A stretch of DNA of 64,000 nucleotides from Chrysemys picta bellii (taxonomy: Eukaryota): positions 22,196,001 to 22,260,000 of the forward strand of contig NC_088799.1 of assembly GCF_011386835.1 (NCBI RefSeq), read 5' to 3'. The translations under genes were made by a program, and so were the position numbers. The notes beneath the pieces are model-generated. The model was not told the origin of the DNA, did no database searches, and saw only the letters and a list, made by a program, of their open reading frames with translations. Shown here in pieces: positions 38,842 through 51,015 of the stretch (position 1 is the stretch's first letter; each line of letters opens with the position of its first letter).

Positions 38842-41010
38842 GACACAAAGAAAAGGATCAGTCTGAGGCTGGTGTGACCTTCTGGTGCTTTCTGAAGGCA
38901 GTTAACTGATGTGGAAACATTCTAGTCCTCATTAAAGGGAAAAAAAAAAGGGGGGGGGGGGAGAGAGACAAATCAATACTTCACTTGAACATTTCTGACC
39001 TTCGGCATCCTACTCCCTCCCTATAGCCGTTCTTCGATTACTGCTTAGAAGTTTTAATGAGGCTTACAAACAGAGAGTCATAATTGTATTACAGAAATAT
39101 AAACAATTGCCTTGGTAATTTAAAAACATGAATCTATTTCAATCAAACAACATTTCTTTCTTTGGACAAGACCATATACAGCTGAATAAACCAAACTCAG
39201 GTGTACATTCCACCCAAAAAAGAATCGAGGTATGTATTTCATCTTCCCAAAATAGATTTTAAGATATTGAATCATTAAATAATAGGTAGGAATGCATTCT
39301 AGTTATTTTCTTTTAACAATGTATCTGAGAAACATAAAATCTTTTCTTGAAAATATTTTCTAACATTTCCTGTGAAGTATAATTATAGGATGCAATGGTG
39401 TTTAAAGAATTTACTTTCTATATTGTAATGTCCATTGTGAGCTGGAGCTTTGAACACAGATATTATCCAATACAGGGAACAGTTAATGCCACACAGTTTG
39501 TTTCAAATGAAACAGACATCTGTGTTCTTTGCAACAGCCCCAAACAAAAAATAGGCTATTCTATAACTAAATTTCACTGATGAAAAGAAATCTGAAGATC
39601 AGACAAATATCCAGAGGAAACTATACTCAGCCACAGTTTGCCTGCACAGCATTTTTAGGAACAACTATGACTTGGTATTTTAGATCTGAGCTTGTTTATT
39701 TTTGTAATACCCTGTCATCCAATCCTCAGAGGAGAGATAATTAGGCCTGAAAATTCTTAGAGGCTAGACAAATATTCCAAAACAGCAGTGATAATTATTT
39801 AAGAATAACTAAACAAACATTAATTTTTGTAAATCTTCTATTGCACTTTCAGAATAATATTTTGAGATTATACACTGGTTTTACAAATGGCAGTACAGGT
39901 CAGGCTGTAATTCTCAACATATAAAAGAAACTAAATACAAACTTTGTATTCCACTGATGAACAGTCTTATTATAGAAGACAAGAGTGAAAGAAGAAATAA
40001 AATACTATTTTACAATTTCTCAGAATTTGTGACCTTGGGCTGGGAGTTTTAGCAAGTAGCTCATAGAAAAACGTGAGATTTCAGAGTCACTTTCACCGCT
40101 GGGCTGCTCACCTTCAATTTAAAACGGTGAAAAAAATGTTAGGTGGTCCTGGCACATTAACAGTCAAGTGTAATGTGTAAAACACTGAGGCCAGATTGTG
40201 CCTAGCTCTTGTGTAAGTGCTAGGACATCAGAGCATTTTTTTGCTCTTGTATTCAAGAAATGCTCCCTCCTAATACTTCTAACCATACAGAAAAGAGCAT
40301 GGAGACATCCAGACATCAGGCGAAGAGCACGTTCCTATGGTACATCACAGTGGTCATGCTTCCTCCCTGAATGCTGCAGAACTCCAGCAGGGATTGTGCC
40401 AATCAGAGACAAATCCTTCCAGAGCTCAACATAGGGTGGTGCGTCTGCACCAATCCCAAGCCGACCAGTGCCTATCATGCACAATCTAGAGCTCAATGTT
40501 AATAGACACCTTCAAACTCTGCCAATCTTTGCATAGGAATACAAGATGTCTCCAGTCCTGCATAATGCCATCCCCTGGGATTGCCCCTTTAATAGCGTAG
40601 CTATGATGTTCCAATCTCTTGCTAGCTCACGTAATGATGATATCAATGAAGCCATGCTTCTTTCACTGCACTGCCAGTGGAGAAGACATGCTGAGCTGAA
40701 GTCCCTCAATTTACCCTGGAGGAGACTGCTGCTTGATGTATTATAGACTAGGCTATTGGTAAAACATAGTAAAAAGTTAAAATGTACTGAGTAATATTCA
40801 TTTTTGCACAATATCCTGTACGGTATGAAAATGCACAAAACTATCTCTGCAATAAAAAAACTATATGCTTCTCCTTCCTAAATCTATTATTTCTATAAAT
40901 TTGAGAATGCTAGTTTCATTACTGAAAAGCTATCAGCGTATCTCTTCTATATTATTTGCATTAAGAACAGGAGTACTTATGGCACCTTAGAGACTAACAA
41001 ATTTATTAGA

Positions 41011-41050
41011 TCATAAGCTTTCTTGGGCTACAGCTCACTTCTTCGGATGC
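41011..41050 (-). ncRNA. Degenerate hammerhead motif in the inverted pseudo-LTR (sense to SCHIP1)
   Basis: GCAU-CCGAAGA-A-GUGAGC(UGUA)GCCCAA-GAAAGCUU-AUGA: U4C in the core, two stem II mismatches and one stem I mismatch. Confidence 0.45.
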
Positions 41051-42323
41051 ATAGAATGGAACATATATTGAGGAGATATATATACATACATACAGAGAGC
41101 ATGAACAGGTGGGAGTTGTCTTACTAACTCTGAGAGGCCAATTAAGTAAGTGAGTAAGTCCATTAATTAAGTCCATTTCCTGGACACTACTGTGCTAATA
41201 AGCGATGGTCACATAAATACCACCCTATACTGGAAACCTATTGACCGCTACACTTACCTACATGCCTCCAGCTTCCATCCAGGACACACCACACGATCCA
41301 TTGTCTACAGCCAAGCTCTAAGATATAACCGCATTTGCTCCAATCCCTCAGACAGAGACAAGCACCTACAAGATCTCTATCAAGCATTCTTGAAACTACA
41401 ATTCCCACCTGCTGAAGTGAAAAAACAGATTGACAGAGCCAGACGAGTACCCAGAAGTCACCTCCTACAAGACAGGCCCAACAAAGAAAATAACAGAACA
41501 CCACTAGCTGTCACCTTCAGCCCCCAACTAAAACCTCTCCAGCGCATCATCAAAGAGCTACAACCTATCCTGAAAGATGATCTCTCACTCTCACAGATCT
41601 TGGGAGACAGACCTGTCCTCGCTTACAGACAGCCCCCCAACCTAAAGCAAATACTCACCAGTAACCACACATTACTGAACAAAAACACTGACCCAGGAAC
41701 CTATCCTTGTAACAAAGCCCGATGCCAACTCTGTCCACATATCTATTCAAGTGACATCATCATAGGACCTAATCACATCAGCCATACCATCAGGGGCTCA
41801 TTCACCTGCACATCTACCAATGTGATATATGCCATCATGTGCCAGCAATGCCCCTCTGCCATGTACATTGGCCAAACCGGACAGTCTCTACGCAAAAGAA
41901 TTAATGGACACAAATCTGACATCAGGAATCATAATACTCAAAAACCAGTGGGAGAACACTTTAACCTGTCTGGTCATTCAATGACAGACCTGCGGGTGGC
42001 TATCTTACAACAGAAAAACTTCAAAAAACAGACTCCAACGAGAGACTGCTGAGCTGGAATTGATATACAAACTAGATACAATCAATTTAGGATTGAATAA
42101 GGACTGGGAATGGCTGAGCCATTACAAACATTGAATCTATCTCCCCTTGTAAGTATTCTCACACTTCTTATCAAACTGTCTGTACTGGGCTAGCTTGATT
42201 ATCACTTCAAAAGTTTTTTTTCACTTACTTAATTGGCCTCTAACAGTTAGTAAGACAACTCCCACCTGTTCATGCTCTCTGAATGTGTGTATATGTATCT
42301 CCTCAATATATGTTCCATTCTAT

Positions 42324-42363
42324 GCATCTGAAGAAGTGGGCTGTAGCCCACGAAAGCTTATGC
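42324..42363 (+). ncRNA. Minimal type-I hammerhead ribozyme motif in the Penelope pseudo-LTR
   Basis: GCAU-CUGAAGA-A-GUGGGC(UGUA)GCCCAC-GAA-AG/CU-U-AUGC: stem I 4 bp, stem II 6 bp, loopless palindromic stem III. Penelope-like elements are known to carry such minimal motifs. Confidence 0.65.
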
Positions 42364-43060
42364 TCTAATAAATTTGTTAGTCTCTAAGGTGCCACAAGTA
42401 CTCCTGTTCTTTTTGCGGATACAGACTAACATGGCTGCTAATCTGAAACCTGTTATTATTTGCACTGTTTCCTAGGCCTGTGGAGGCTGAGTTCACAAGT
42501 TCAAATGGCTATGGGAAAACAGGAATCTTGAGTTTTCCTCACAGCCCCTGATTCAAGTGCCAAAAATCTATCCCCGACTCAGGATTTCTCTCTCAAAAAT
42601 GGCCTTGCATGATGATCTCGCCACCCCCACTTTTCTCAGCTCTTCATCCTTGCAAGTACATTAAAAAAACAGGGGAAAATGTGGGTGGATGGAGATTCAC
42701 CAGAGTTTTCACACAAGTGGGAGGGCAAAGAGCTGAAGGGAGAAAAATCCCATAAAACCAATTGTTTTCTCAGTTTCTTCTTTCAGGGCCTTATCCAGTA
42801 TCTCAGCAGAAAGGCTGATATGTAGTCATCACCCGCACAACCATGTGAGGAATTCTTCATCTCTGCAGCACAGCTTCACAGGAAATAAGGGCTCAGTCAA
42901 CAACTCTGGTCAGTGTCAACAACTCAGTGTCAACAACTCAGTGTCCATCCCCACCAGGGTAGGAATGCTACGTGGCTACAGTTTGTAAGGACTGTGGGAC
43001 AGGAACAGCTCCAGGCTGCTCTCAGGGGAGAGAACTGAGCAGAAATAAGAACTACCTTAC

Positions 43061-43095
43061 CTTGCAGAAGGAGGTTTCAACTACTCTGCTGCATA
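43061..43095 (-). other. Candidate non-coding 5'UTR exon (or 3' end of a first exon) upstream of the MVHQ exon
   Basis: Strong donor CAAG|gtaagg at 43061/43060 and acceptor ...ccccctccccatccaaacacctctgcag|. It would supply the splice partner for the acceptor at 38614. Confidence 0.35.
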
Positions 43096-44234
43096 CTGCA
43101 GAGGTGTTTGGATGGGGAGGGGGAAAAGTGCATTTCTTTCAAAAGTTTTACAACTTTTACAAGCAAACAATAACAAAAACCAAAACCAACAGGTTGGGCT
43201 ATGAGGGAGGAAGGCAAGGAAGTTTGGTTGTTAGGAAGGATGGAGAAAGAAGAAGGCTACTTTATTTCTCTTTTTGGCTGAACTCCAAAATGGAAGACAG
43301 ACAACTGATAATTATGACCAGACACGGGTTCCTCTAGGTGGCTGATGTTCACTCTGGTGGAGAAGCCCTTATCATCAGTGTATGTGTGGACTTAATGCTT
43401 AGCAAATCTCAACATAAATTACCCAAGATATTAATTGCCACATATGGGATAATCATAATGAAACAATTTGCAAACTCCAGCTCTGGAAAGAGGGTGAAAA
43501 GACAGGACTCCTAACCAGGTACACAACAGGTAGTTGAGAGGGGATAAGCCCTCTTAAGGTAGGGAATGGTCTCTGTGGCTCTGGAGTCTCAGCAATTTTT
43601 GATGAGTGAACATCACCTGAAGTGTTTTGGTTTTTTGGGGGCTGGATCAGACAAACTGCCTTTTTTTTTTTTTAAAGAATGATATAAAAACACTTAAATT
43701 TTAATTTTTCATTCTGAAGAAATGTAAAGGGATCTCTCAGCAAGACTTTTTTTCAGAAGCTTCCTTTACAGAGGGCAAAACGTTTGCCCCAAAAGACCAA
43801 AAAACAAACAAAAACCCCACAACCGAAAAAACAAAACAAAAAAAAACAAAACTCCTTGCTTAATGCTAAAAGCAGCTTCCTGTGTTACATAATCTCCTGA
43901 TGACATTTATCATGTGTGTCATAAGAAAGACTCATGAAATTATCCCACTCTTCACACATTACTGGTTTATTTATAGTTGAAATGACTCAGTGCCATTTCA
44001 CACAAAGCAGATTTCTGACAAGAATAGCGTGAATCTTGTTGGACACAGCTTTGGCGCAGTGAGGTGCGAAGTATACAAAACCACCCTGTTTAACAGTTTA
44101 TTCCTTCTATACGTATTTGTGTGTGGGGGCTGCTTTATGTTTAACTTTTAGTTTGCGGCACAGTATCCCTCCACCTCTTCCAAGAGACTATTCTTAACAG
44201 ACCAACTGGTCTGGTTGGCATATAGCTCCCAATT

Positions 44235-44342
44235 CTGCAATGAGCTGTGTGTGGACATATGCCTATATCTATGCAGAATCCCATTAAAATATCAATGAAT
44301 CAACACAGGTGCAGGGGTCTGCCCGTATACAGCTCATTGCAG
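44235..44342. repeat. Short palindromic (MITE-like) element
   Basis: Perfect 13-bp inverted arms ctgcaatgagctg / cagctcattgcag. Similar degraded hairpin elements lie near 5945-6060, 10189-10268, 27155-27248 and 40188-40493. Confidence 0.5.
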
Positions 44343-45254
44343 GATCAGGGCCATAATTACACCATAGTAACAGGCTCCACGGGAATTCCTTAGAGCAAGC
44401 AAAGAGTCTTTCTTTAAATTGAAAGAATAAAGGAAAGAGTATCTGTCTAGAGGTTAGTGTACTAGGCTATGAGCCAGGCAAACATCTGCACCTGCTCTTT
44501 CTTCATCACTTTGTGATTATCCATCCAGAGGGCAAGTCAGATAGGTAGGTAATAAATAAAGCTGTGGGTGCTTCAAGTGAATGAAAGTTATTTGGCTGTC
44601 TCCCAAGTGGGTCACTACAAAATGGTGTCCCTTGCTATAGAAAAGAACATTCCTATTTCTGCACCTACATGATGCCAATTAGAATGCCTAGGAACCTTTG
44701 ACAGTCCACCAAGGGAGGAAGGGGTCTTGAAAATAAACTAAATTTCACTGCCCTAAGAACCTCTTTCTGAAAACTGCTTTTGATAATGCAGTATGGATGC
44801 TTTCGTGTTGTTTTGAGAACACATACAAGGATGACTATGCTGTTAGCCTAAACATTCCTTGCTGAGAAGAGATACAGCACATCTCTCCGGCCAGGAGAAA
44901 GCTACTGCACGAATAGAGAGAGATCTTAGCCTGGCAAAGCACTGACTTTTCCGTCTCTTCTGACTACTGTTAAATAATGGAATATTTAATCCACCTTGCC
45001 CAGCTGGCTTTAAGAGAAATGTTGCCCCAACAAATAAAAGGGAAAATGTTGCCTGACTTACAAAATGGTTTTCTATAGTTGAAATAAAATATAAGGGTCT
45101 CATATATGTTGAGATAGTGCTACCTACTTACAGTGTCAGACAGGGATTGAGGTTGATATGAAAAAAAGACATTTTATGAAGAAAAGCAGGAACAGTATAC
45201 AACACTACTGGGTCTTAATGAAAGACTAGGTCATAAACAACAAAATCTAACTCT

Positions 45255-45455
45255 TATATATAAGGCTTTTCATCAGTAGTTCAAAGCACTTTACAAAGGT
45301 GGTTAGTGTCATTATCCCTATTCTACACATGGGAAAACCAGCAGGGAGCGGAAATGACTTTGCCAAGATCACCCAGCAGGCCAGAGGCAGAGCCAGGAAT
45401 AGAACCCAGGGCCTCTCGAGTCCCAGTTTTGTGTTCTGTCCAACTAAGCAGACCT
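45255..45455 (-). mobile_element. MIR-like SINE
   Basis: cattatccctattctacacatgggaaaac...aaatgactttgccaagatcacccagc...gagccaggaatagaaccc. Confidence 0.6.
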
Positions 45456-45899
45456 TCTTGGATAAACAGATCACTGCTGAGTAGCAGTTAGTTCCCATTG
45501 CATGAAAGGAAGATAGAAACAGAATTTTGGTTTACAAAGGGAACACAGGATCCAGGGGATAAATGTAAATCTTCAAAGAGAAATAATCTTCCTTCCAAAA
45601 ACCTAGTTACCAGGGTGGGAACCTGTCAGTGTCCTGTATTCTCACCAAATAGACCCCAAGGTGAAAACCTGGGACTCGCAGTGAGCTAGGGGACAATTCT
45701 ATAGGCAGCCCTCTCCACAAGATTGTATGGGCTGTTAAAGAGAGAAGTTCCTAAAGCAACCACCTCCCTAGACTTGCATCACCATGAGAAACTCCATTGA
45801 AAGTCCACCTAGAAATCAGATTTGGGGAATGGAGGAAAGTGTGTCACTGCTTAAAGAAGTCACAATCTGCTCAACTGTCCCCTTTCTGAATCCAAGGCT

Positions 45900-46320
45900 T
45901 AATAGAGAGAGGAAAAAATCTTGAGATCTAGAGTTGATCTTTGACAGCAGTCGTGGGAATTGATGAACCAGTGCCACATACTAAGCCTATTGTGAACAGT
46001 TTGGGATCACTAGAACAAAGCAAGCTCTGACATACTGAACTGTTTGGAGAATTTTATGGATAAAGGCAAGAGGAAATCAGGTTGTGGGGATTAGCAGTTA
46101 AATATAAGAGGGGTGTCCCTGGGTCTAGGTATCAATTGCACATTCTTACTGAGGTGAAGTGATCAGGAGAGTTGCATGGGGAACTAAGAAGCATGAACCT
46201 GACAAAACACAGCAAAATGTCTGGATGTTAAAAGTGTGTTATCTGTCCATCTACTGAAGGAGGAGCAGCACCTAGGTATTACCATTTGGTGTGTCCCGAT
46301 TCAGGAAAGAAATTTTACTT
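45900..46320 (+). mobile_element. Highly degraded CR1-like ORF2 remnant
   Basis: Remnants resembling GVPQGSVLG (ggtgtccctgggtctagg) and [16 protein letters not shown] (cacctaggtattaccatttggtgtgtcccgattcaggaaaga). Confidence 0.35.
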
Positions 46321-46689
46321 AGCTGTTAGCTTCTAGTCCTGTGCATGGCACATCTCTCTATTCTTTTATTCCTAAAATGCATCTATTTCTTTAACTGCCA
46401 TATGTTAAGAGTATTCTTTTAAAGAATGAAGTGTTCCGTGCAGCAAGCCACCAGTTAAACTCAAAGAAGCCCTCCTGAATCAATGCCTATGTAAAGGACT
46501 AAACTGCTCAGCAGATAGTATTTTATATTTGCTCATACTTTGCTATCCAAAATTTGCCAAGATTTGTGCTAAACTTGTCAGAAGACTGCTCTGTTTTAAG
46601 TTTACAGTGTGCTAGGTCATTGCTTCATTACTGAATCAGAGGGAAGTCTGCCTCACCAAAATCGCTTCATACAGCACTTTTTTTTTTTA

Positions 46690-46879
46690 ATTAAATAATG
46701 GAGATTTCCTATCTCCTAGAACTGGAAGGGACCTTGAAAGGTCATCGAGTCCAGCCCCCTGCCTTCACTAGCAGGACCAAGTACTGATTTTGCCCCAGAT
46801 CCCTAAGTGGCCCCCTCAAGGATTGAACTCACAACCCTGGGTTTAGCAGGCCAATGCTCAAACCACTGAGTTATCCCTC
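46690..46879 (-). mobile_element. Tortoise PolIII SINE with a different CR1-subfamily tail
   Basis: Same tRNA head as the 9265 copy. Tail ctagtgaaggcagggggctggactcgatgacctttcaaggtcccttccagttctag. Confidence 0.88.
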
Positions 46880-46938
46880 ACAGTAAGTGTTTCTTGAAGA
46901 TCTTGCATCCAAAAGCTGACCTGGCCTGACCCAACTTA

Positions 46939-47641
46939 AGCTATGTCTACACTTGCAGAGTTTTTTGCGCTGTCAGTTTCACCGGTGATAAGGAACCGGT
47001 AAAAGAAAAGCGCTGGTTTGGGTTCTCACTCACTTCCACAGGCGTCAGATCGTGCTCACGTTTGCAGCACTTCCATCACCGATGAGAGCAGCACACTGAA
47101 GGCAGCTATCCCACAGTGCAGCTCTCTCCAAAGGGTGAGGGGGTGATTGTGGGGCATCCTGGGTCCCTGCACAGCCTCCTCTCCCCAAACACTGATCCGC
47201 TCCAGTGGCTCAGCACTGCTCCAAGCAGGGGACTGTTTGCTCTGTGGAGCAGCCATTATCACCTGGCCAGCTAAGTGAGCACTTGCCAAGAAAACAAAAA
47301 GGAGAGTTTCAAAGTTCCGGGAGCTTTACAGGGGAAGGGGCGGATGTCTGTTTACCTGGCTTCAGAGCAGCGGAGCTGCTAGCCAGAGTAGTCACCTAGG
47401 CATTGTGGGATATCCTCCGGAGGCTAAACGCTTTGTAAACAGGAAGAATGTATCTTCACTTGCATATCACCGCAAAAGTATCACCGGTAAGAACTGAACG
47501 CCTCTTGTGGAGGTGGTTTTCTGTTTGCAGTGAATCTTCTGAGTTTCACCGCAAAAAGTCATTGGCAAGCGTAGATGCTCCCGCGGTTTTTGTGCAAAAA
47601 AGGGACTTCTTGCGCTTTAAATGGCAAATGTAGACATGCTC
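46939..47641. mobile_element. Harbinger-type MITE
   Basis: Ends agctatgtctacact / atgtagacatgctc; flanks TTA and CTA. Confidence 0.75.
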
Positions 47642-47872
47642 CTATCCTGTGAAATCTTATGGGATCACAGCACAATGTGGCACACAGATTGCAAAACTCT
47701 TTCTGAGCTTAAATTCAATAAGGCTCTTGGAATGTTTTACAGTCCATACAGGCTGACCATTCCTCCCTGTCCCAGAATTCAGGTATGTCTAGGATTTGAA
47801 AACCTTCAGGACTTACATTAAGCAACTGAAAAGGAAGAGAAGGGAGATAACGTGGCAAAATTAACTTTTTCT

Positions 47873-48019
47873 CAAAAACAAGGAATCCGGTGGCACCTTA
47901 AAGACTAACAGATTTATTTGGGCATAAGATTTCGTGGGTAAAAAACCCCCACTTCTTCATGCATCCGAAGAACTCCTCATTGTTTTTGTGGATACAGACT
48001 AACATGGCTACCCCTCTGA
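47873..48019. mobile_element. Minimal fold-back Penelope pseudo-LTR insertion
   Basis: An inverted terminal segment is joined at atgcat to a deleted direct segment ending gatacagactaacatggctacccctctga. The flanking duplication taactttttct lies at 47862-47872 and 48020-48030. Confidence 0.75.
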
Positions 48020-48103
48020 TAACTTTTTCTATAACTCTTGCCACCACCCATGCAAAAAACTACACACCAAAAAAACTTGTACAGTAAACCAAAATATAGT
48101 AAA

Positions 48104-48176
48104 AAGAAGAACAGGAGTACTTGTGGCACCTTAGAGACTAACAAATTTATTAGAGCATAAGCTTTCGTGGACTATA
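48104..48176 (-). mobile_element. Penelope pseudo-LTR fragment
   Basis: aagaacaggagtacttgtggcaccttagagactaacaaatttattagagcataagctttcgtgg, the same family as 40961-42453. Confidence 0.8.
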
Positions 48177-49954
48177 GTATTATGCACTGTGTCAGACACT
48201 AGAGTTGCTGAGCACTCTCAACTCCTACTACCACAGAAGGGGTATGCAAAGTTGTAACTCACCTGGAAGCCATAACCTTACTTCTTTCAGCATATGTAGT
48301 ACCCCACCACCCCTCATTATAGTTAATGTACAATGCAGCTGAATTGCAGTAGCTGCAAGAACTTAAAATTGAATTTACAGATACTATGTTTTAATTTTTA
48401 AACCATAACATTGCACAAACAAGGATTTTTAAAGAAGTGAATTTCTTTTTGTATTTCTGGGATTTAAAAAGATGAATGAAAAAGCAAGGTGCTGGTTTGT
48501 ATGTTATTTGAGCATTTATCAGCAACTTGCTCCCTTAACTTAATTCTTGGCCAGAGCTGATCCGAGGTGCTCTTGCCCTAAATATAATGAGAGTAACTCT
48601 CTTTTTTGCCCACAGTCACTCTCACAATAAATGGACACTCAATATTTTGATGCCTTATGTTGCTTGTTCTGTTTATCTGGGACAGCTGGGAGAAAGCTGG
48701 GTCTTCTGGCTAACAGTGGTTTACAGTACACAATGCTGGAGTTAGTTTTAGTTTAGTTTTCTAGAACTTAATTAATATATGCTTCATGTAATGAGCAAGG
48801 TAAAACTCTATTAGGACTTTTTTAACAAGTTATTCATGTGTAACAACGGAAGAGTAATTAATCAAACTGGTTACTTGTAGGAGAAAGTTATACAACCCTT
48901 ATTCAAACAAATGACACAGTATGTCTGCTATGCATACTATCCATAGTTACTCACACTCCTTTTTTCTTCACCAATGACTAGTTTTTTCACTAACACTAGA
49001 GGCAATGCTGTTTACTTAATGCTTGCATAAGTATAATGTATTTTCAAGAAACCTATGAAAAATACATGCACAATTACTGAAATGTAATGGTAATTTGCTC
49101 ATGGTTTCCTTGGAGTTATGTACTTAGCTGTATTTTAGGTTAAGCTACACATTTTTCAGGGTTACTGCACCTGGCAAATATAGAAGGAATGTTTTTTGAA
49201 AACTGAGCAATGCTAGCAATCTGTTATGACAACATATTTGCTTGAAAACGCGAGTCTTTCCTCAAATTACTATAATATATAGAATACTTTAGATTAATTT
49301 CTTATTTAAACAGGATACTGCTGAGATGTTTTCCATAATTTTGAATATATCACTATTCTCTGTAATAAAATAATCCTTTAGAAGCTTAAAAATTCTTGGC
49401 ACTTCTACAATTTCAACAAAGATTCTTAAAGTGCTTTACAAACTGTAAGCCTCAAAAAACCCTAGGAAACATAGTAGGATAGAAACTGAAACGTTTGCTT
49501 CATTGGTTTGTTTGGGAGGTCTGTCTGCTGTAAATTGTAGGTTAAAAATCTCCCACCAATGCTCTCCCACCAGTGCAACTCCACCCTGTGGTAGCAAGAG
49601 TGAGATTACTACAGCAGATGGGGAATCAGTTATTTTACCACCACTCCCCTCCCTCCCTGCCTTTTCTCATCATATTAAAGATGAAGTAGACTGCTGTTCT
49701 CCCTTCCTTCCCCACACACCGAGGGTGGAGGAGGGACAGCAGCCCCCCAAACCTTGTCAGCCCTCTCATCCAAGAAAAGTTTCAAGAGAGTTTTTTCCAA
49801 CCCCGAATAAAGATATGACAGGCAATTATGACAGTGAAAATATAGTGTAAGTATACAAGATTTAAAAAACAAAACAAAACAAAAAAACCCACCCAAAACA
49901 AACAACCCCCATCCCACAGACACAATATGGGACAAAAGTTATATATAAGGATAG

Positions 49955-50367
49955 CAGGGGTGGGCAACCTGTGGCTCCGGAGCCACATGCGGCTCTGGAG
50001 CCACATGCGGCTCTTCATAAGTTAATATTCGGCTCCTTGTACAGATACTGACTCTGGGGCTGGAGCTACAGGCGGCAACTTTCCAATGTGCCAGGGGGTG
50101 ATCACTGCTCAACCCCTGGCTTTGGCACAGGCCCTGCTGATCAGCACCTCCCACATCCCACGCCTTCCCCCCAGAACCTCCTGCATGCCACAAACCAGCT
50201 GATTGGGAGGTGCGGGGAGGGATGTGGGAGGTGCTGATCAGCGTGGCTGCCGGTGGGTGGGAGGCGCTGGGAGCGGGGGCGGGGGGAGCTGCTGATGTAT
50301 TACTGTGGCTCTTTGGCAATGTACGTTGATAAATTCTGGCTCCTTCTCAGGAGGATGGCCACCCCTG
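49955..50367. mobile_element. hAT MITE
   Basis: Ends caggggtgggcaacct / ggatggccacccctg, internal 18-bp tandem duplication ggagccacatgcggctct, degraded TSD (5/8 match). Confidence 0.7.
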
Positions 50368-50437
50368 ATGTACAGAAAGAATGTATCCATCTATTCACAC
50401 GGGAAGAGATAATGCTGCAAAAGTCCATTTTGATCTA

Positions 50438-51001
50438 GTCTTGGTCTACACTACAGAGTTAGATCGACATAAGGCAGCTTATGTCGACCTAACTGTGGCA
50501 GGGTCTACACTAAGGCTACACTCTGCTGGAGCCCTGAAATTGACAAGAGAGCCAGCTCCTAGCTTGGCTGCTGCCCCCTCTCCACTCCAAGTTGGGCTGC
50601 CACCCAGGATCCCAGCTTGGGCTGCAGCCCAGGCTCCCCGCTGAGAGCCCTGCTGCCCCCGGGAGCACAGCAACCAAATGGACTCCGGGTGCGGATTTCC
50701 CCACTGGAGGCAAGAAGCCCCAGGAGCTTCCCCACTCCCCCCCACTCCCAGCTGGGAGTTGGGAGGCAAGAAGCCCCAGGGTGCAGTTGGGCTCCCGGGG
50801 GCGGGGAGCTGCACGGACCTGAGAGCCCTGGCTCTCAGCCCCCCACAATGCCCCTCTTCAGTCAGTGGAAGAACTCCTGGCGAGGACATGCCCCACCGAC
50901 AGAAGGAGGGTAGTGTGGATATCAGACACTGCAGTAATTACGGTGATGGCTGTAAATCAACCAAACATAGGTTGACTTAAGACTGTAGTGTAGACATGTC
51001 C
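50438..51001. mobile_element. Harbinger-type MITE
   Basis: Ends gtcttggtctacactac / gtagtgtagacatgtcc; 3-bp CTA TSD on both sides. Confidence 0.8.
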
Positions 51002-51015
51002 CTAAAAGCACTTAC

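Larger units (their letters stand above)
40961..42453 (+). mobile_element. 5'-truncated Penelope-like element (RT thumb, Cys-rich linker, GIY-YIG endonuclease) with an inverted copy of its 3' pseudo-LTR at the 5' end
   Basis: HFLD upstream of ORF 41192..42052, which contains CNKARCQLCPH and NVIY...MYIGQT...RINGH; a frameshift falls in an A-run near 42025. 40963-41150 is the reverse complement of about 42226-42410. The 11-bp TSD tattatttgca lies at 40950-40960 and 42454-42464. Confidence 0.92.

Noticed and set aside
40512-40838. 108-aa minus-strand ORF that looks protein-like
   Set aside because: No recognisable domain and no convincing donor in a useful phase. Treated as a chance ORF, though it could be a decayed TE.
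41192-42052. 286-aa GIY-YIG ORF as a domesticated gene
   Set aside because: It is 5'-truncated, starts at a non-ATG codon within RT, is frameshifted near the C-terminus and is bounded by a TSD: an ordinary Penelope-like insertion.
48263-48300. Strong minus-strand donor CCAG|gtgagt with an upstream ATG (MLKEVRLWLP)
   Set aside because: Phase 1, so it is incompatible with the phase-0 shared exon, and it lies next to repeat-like sequence.
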